In this document: piece after piece, positions 59,620 to 64,000 of the stretch
Position numbering within the stretch: the stretch's first letter is position 1
How the letters are laid out: each line of letters starts with the position of its first letter
DNA from: the human T2T-CHM13v2.0 reference genome, Homo sapiens
Assembly: GCF_009914755.1 (NCBI RefSeq)
Contig: NC_060930.1
Direction: 5' to 3' (one strand)
DNA length: 64,000 bases
Made by a program: the position numbers and the translations under genes
The notes under the pieces: model-generated
The model's database searches: none
What the model was told of the DNA's origin: nothing
What the model saw: the letters and a program-made list of their open reading frames with translations, nothing else

Positions 59620-61598
59620 TTTTTTTTATTTTTTTATTTCTAAAATTTTTTACTTTTTAATTTCTATGGGTACGTAGTAGGTGTAGATATGCATGGGTTG
59701 CATGAGGTGTTTTAATACAGGCATGCACTGTATAATAATCACATCATGGAGAATGGGGCATCAATCCCTGCAAGCATTTATTCTAGTGCTACAAACTATT
59801 CAGTTATACTTTTTCAGTTACCGTAAAATGTAAAATTAAATTATTATTGACTATAGTCACCCTGTTGTGCTATCAAATACTAGGTATTCTTTATTCTATT
59901 ATTTTTTGTACCCATTAACCATCCTGCCTCCCTCTCCTCACTCCCACACTACCCTTGCCAGCCTCTGGTAACCCTCTTTCTACATTCTATGTCCATGAGT
60001 TCAATTATTTTAATTTTTAGATCCCACAAATAGGTGAGAATATGCGAGGTTTCTCTTTCTGTGCCTGGCTTATTTCACTAAACATAATGATCTCCAGTTC
60101 TATCCATGTTGTTGCAAATGACAGGATCTCATTCTTTTTATGGCTGTATAGTACTCCATTGCATATCTGTACCATACATTCTTTATCCATTCATCTGTTG
60201 ATGGACACCTAGGTTGCTTTCAAACCTTACCTATAGTGAACAGTGCTACAACAATCATGAGAGGACTTAGATCTAAGTTTTTAATCCATTTTGATTTGAT
60301 TTTTGTATATGGTGAGAGATACGGGTCCAGTTTCATTCTTCTACACGTGGATATCCACTTTTTCCAGCACCATTTATTGAAGAGACCGTCTTTGACCAGT
60401 GTATGTTCTTGGCACCCTTGTCAAAAATGAGTTCACTGTAGGTGTATGAATTTGTTTCTAGGTTCTCTATCCTGTCTCATCGGTTTATGTGTCTGTTTTT
60501 ATGCCAGGACTATGGTGTTTTGGTTACTATATCTCTGTAGTATAATTTGACCTCAGGTATTGTGATTCCTCCAGTTTTGTTCTTTTTGGTTAGAATATCT
60601 TTGGCTATTCTAGGTCTTTCATGGTTTCATATAAATTTTAGCATTGTTTTTTTCTATTTCTGTGAGGAATGTCATTGGTATTGATAAGAATTGCATTGAA
60701 TATTTAGATTGTTTTAGGTAGTATAAACATTTTAACAATACTGATTCTTCCAATCCAGGAACCTGGAAAATCTTTCCATTTGTTGACAACCTTTTCAATT
60801 TCTTTCAGCAATGTGTCATAGTTTTCATCATAGAGATCTTTCATTTGTTTGGTTAATTCCTGGGTACTTTATTTTATTTGTGGCTATTGTAAATGGGATT
60901 ACTTTATTTCTTTTTCAGATTGTTCACTGTTGGCACATAGAAATGTTACTGATTTTTGTATGTTGATAAGATCCAAACATAAGATCATATAATCTGCAAA
61001 CAAGGATAATTTGACTTCTTCCTTTCCAATTTGGATGCTCTTTATTTCTTTCTCTTGTCTGATTGCTCCAGCTAGGACTTCCAGTACTATGTAGAATAAC
61101 AGTGGTGAAAGTGGGCATCCTTGTTATGTTCCAGTTCTCAGAGGAAAGGCTTTCAGTTTCTCCCCATTTAATATACTAGCTGTGGGTCTGTCATATATGG
61201 CTTTTATTATGTTGAAGTATGTTACTTCTGTATCTTTTTTTAGGGTTTAGTAGGGATATTGAACTTTATCAAATGCTTTTTCAGCATTAATTAAAATGGT
61301 TATATAGTTTTTATCCTTCATTCTGTTGATATGATATATCATATTAATTGATTTGCATATATTAAACTGTCTTTGCATCCCAGGGATAAACCCCACTTAG
61401 TCATGATAAATGGTCTTTTTAATGTATTGTTGAATTTGATTTGCTAATATTTGTTGAGAATTTTGCATCAGTATTCATCAGAGATATTGGCATATGGTTT
61501 TCTTTTTTTGACGTGTCTTTGTCTGGTTTTGGTATCAGGGTAATACCGGCCTTACAGAATGAGTTCAGAAGAATTCCCTCCTCCTCAATGTTTTGAAT
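59620..61598 (-). mobile_element. L1MA1/2-like 3' portion with internal deletions
   Basis: 3' end gggtacgtagtaggtgta..atacaggcatgca..aataatcacatcatggagaatgggg; sequence jumps at about 60260 and about 60970. Confidence 0.85.
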
Positions 61599-62584
61599 GT
61601 TTTCTATTTTTAAAAAGTTACACAGCTTTGGGCCATGTCCAATCCTACACAAGCATAAAACCTAATCTCTCTGCAGTTTATAAGTGGCATACATCTCAGT
61701 GCAAGGAGAAGAGAATAAAATGACTTTTTAAGGATTTTCCAGTGATTCAGTTTTGAAATAGTTTTGTCACCAGATGTTTCCTACTGCACCTGGGAAATAG
61801 GTCACTCTAGTAACCAAATTAGGAAATAAATGAAATATGACTTTAACAGGTAAGTTCTATTCCCTATGAATATATTTAATATTTATTATCAATTTCAAGA
61901 CGATAGGCTTAGTCATTTGCTATAATTTACAACTACAAAAAAATGTGATTTTCAATTGAACTTATGAATCATTCACTTACATGAAAGAACAAAGGTGATC
62001 ATTTCTGTTTTGCACGGTCATTGTTAGGACCACAGATAGAAATGTTTTTTCCTTCCTGCTAGCAACTTGGGACACATACCAAGTAAACTTGAAACAGCTC
62101 CAGATATTAAGTAAAAAACATTCAAATAAACATGCATTTATTATATTCTTAGAATTTTCAGCATAAAATGGTTCCCCTTTTCAAAGATCTACATGGTAGT
62201 TAAGAAGACAAGATTCACATTAATGGCATATCCAGAGTTCAATAGGACATCTGTCCAATAATGAAGTGTTAATTTGGTGAAACAGATGCTAAGTGTCTAG
62301 GAATTCAGAGAAAGTGAGACCACCATAGCTAGAACTACAAGGAAGACTACATGGAAAAGATTTAACCAGGGTCAACGATAAAGTGTAGAATTTTGAGAGG
62401 AGAAAAAAGAGACAAATGAATAGCAAGGCGTAAGGGTAAAAAAAATAGGTGTGTGAACAATGTGGTGTGTACAAATCACCTGAGTACACCAGCCTGAACA
62501 AAAGATTATTCAAAATCAGCATTTCCTAAAGTATCTTCTGTATAATGCTAGATCCCAGGAAGAGAATAAATGCATGATCTGCAA

Positions 62585-62790
62585 CCACAAGTAAAATGGT
62601 TAACTATGAGGTCACCAGAGATTAAATGTTTGGTTCTGAATCCTAACCTTCCACCTCTGAATTGTGTGAACTTGAACACGTTACTTAATCTCTCTTGTAA
62701 AATGGGGATACCAAGGGTACCTATTCCACAGTGAATATTAAATAAGCAAACTATTCTATTAGGACCTGGCACACAATAAGCATGTATTGT
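62585..62790 (+). mobile_element. MIR SINE
   Basis: gttacttaatctctcttgtaaaatggggata...cctggcacacaataagc. Confidence 0.7.
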
Positions 62791-63129
62791 ATGTTAATTC
62801 TTTTTAGCGTTATGTTTTTCCTTTTAAAAAATTTGTGATCAAATAGTTTTAGGAATAGATGTATTAAGTAAAATTGCACAGGATTATTTGCACATGATTT
62901 CCCAGAAACCTTGATATAATAATGTGTCTTATAATATATCTCAAAACAGTCAGAGTATCCCAAATTTAATTGGCCTTTTTGTTTGGAACACAGCAGGTTT
63001 TCTGCGTAAGATTTTGGGAAATGCTGTTATATGTAATACAAGGCAAGTATGTTTAAAAGTATATCTGCCCCACAACCTTGAGTTTGTAGTGATACTGTTG
63101 ACATATGAAATAATTTATTATTATCAATA

Positions 63130-63320
63130 ATAACTAATACATACTGAGTACCATATGTTAGTCCTCCTAGCAGCAACCCTATAAGGTAGACACTAATATT
63201 ATCTCCCCTTTTTCTATATACAGGAAGCAGTTCTTAGAGAATTTATATTTGAAGGCTCACAGTTCTAGTAAGTGGCAGAGCTTGCATTCATACTCAAAGT
63301 TTATAGACTTAACTGATGAT
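63130..63320 (-). mobile_element. MIR SINE
   Basis: caaccctataaggtaga...attatctcccc...tagtaagtggcagagc. Confidence 0.65.
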
Positions 63321-63640
63321 TACATGATACCACACAGAACAGTCTGTCCTTCTTTGGTGTCTTATGGCCTTACCTTCTACCTCAAATTGGCTTGTCAGAA
63401 ACTTTCTTCTGAAAAATACAGAGAGTATTTTGGGGAGCTATAATTTTATTCATCTCCTTACAGAAATAGGCACTTTTGAAACCACATTCCAAAGCACATA
63501 TTGTAGTTTTGTTGAGTTTGCAGGGGGCTTTTATTCAGCCTTCACACACCACATGAGTTATGTTATCACAGGGCTCAGTTACTAAGCCAATCTTGGTGGT
63601 TTGAGAGGTGTGTACATTTCAGAGCCTAATGTATGCCATT

Positions 63641-64000
63641 TGCTGTGGCTTGATGTGTCCTCCAATTTTTACGTGCTGGAAACTTAATCCCCAATGTGGC
63701 AGTATTGAAAGGTGGGGCCTTTAAGAGGTCACTGAACCATGAGGGCTATCATGAGTTATCATGGGAGTGGAACTGGTGGCTTTTACAAGAGGAAGAAAAA
63801 CCTGAGTGAACATGTTAGCACACTTAGCCCTCTCACCACGTGATGTTCTGTGCCACTTCCAGCCTGCTGAGTTTCCACCAGGAAGAAAGCCCTCACCAGA
63901 TGTTGAGCCATGCCCTTGGATTTCCCAGCCTCCAGAATTATAAAAAAAAATTAATTTATTTTCTTTATAAATTACCCAGGTTCAGGTATACTATTATAAG
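63641..64000 (+). mobile_element. MSTB/MSTC-like LTR, runs off the window end
   Basis: tgctgtggcttgatgtgtcc...aacttaatccccaatgtggcagtattgaaaggtggggcctttaagagg. Confidence 0.8.

Overview
Primate (very likely human or great ape) genomic DNA, dominated by transposable elements. I can support no host protein-coding gene: nearly all ORFs in the track are LINE-1 ORF1/ORF2 fragments or noise. Main elements: a 5'-intact but 3'-truncated L1PB (1.4-7.6 kb, minus); an inverted pair of L1PA15/16-type copies (21.4-25.0 kb); an MSTA MaLR provirus (27.0-29.5 kb); a 3'-truncated U2 snRNA retrocopy; and a cluster of same-strand young L1s at 40-60 kb (L1PA3 fragment, L1PA7, a full-length L1PA3-type element with a nested twin-primed L1PA2, and an L1PA5-type element). 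There are also Alus, MIR, L2, MLT/MST LTRs, an LTR37 and Tigger/Charlie elements. The most interesting signal is repeated short-range homogenisation: independently inserted neighbouring repeats (different TSDs, different subfamilies) share private mutations, including a shared ORF2 nonsense codon. This appears in three separate repeat groups and points to non-allelic gene conversion or templated copying, or to an assembly/polishing artefact. Two L1 3' transductions and two twin-primed 5' inversions are also directly visible. Subfamily names and 'consensus' states are recalled from memory, not from a RepeatMasker/Dfam run; boundaries of old elements are approximate.
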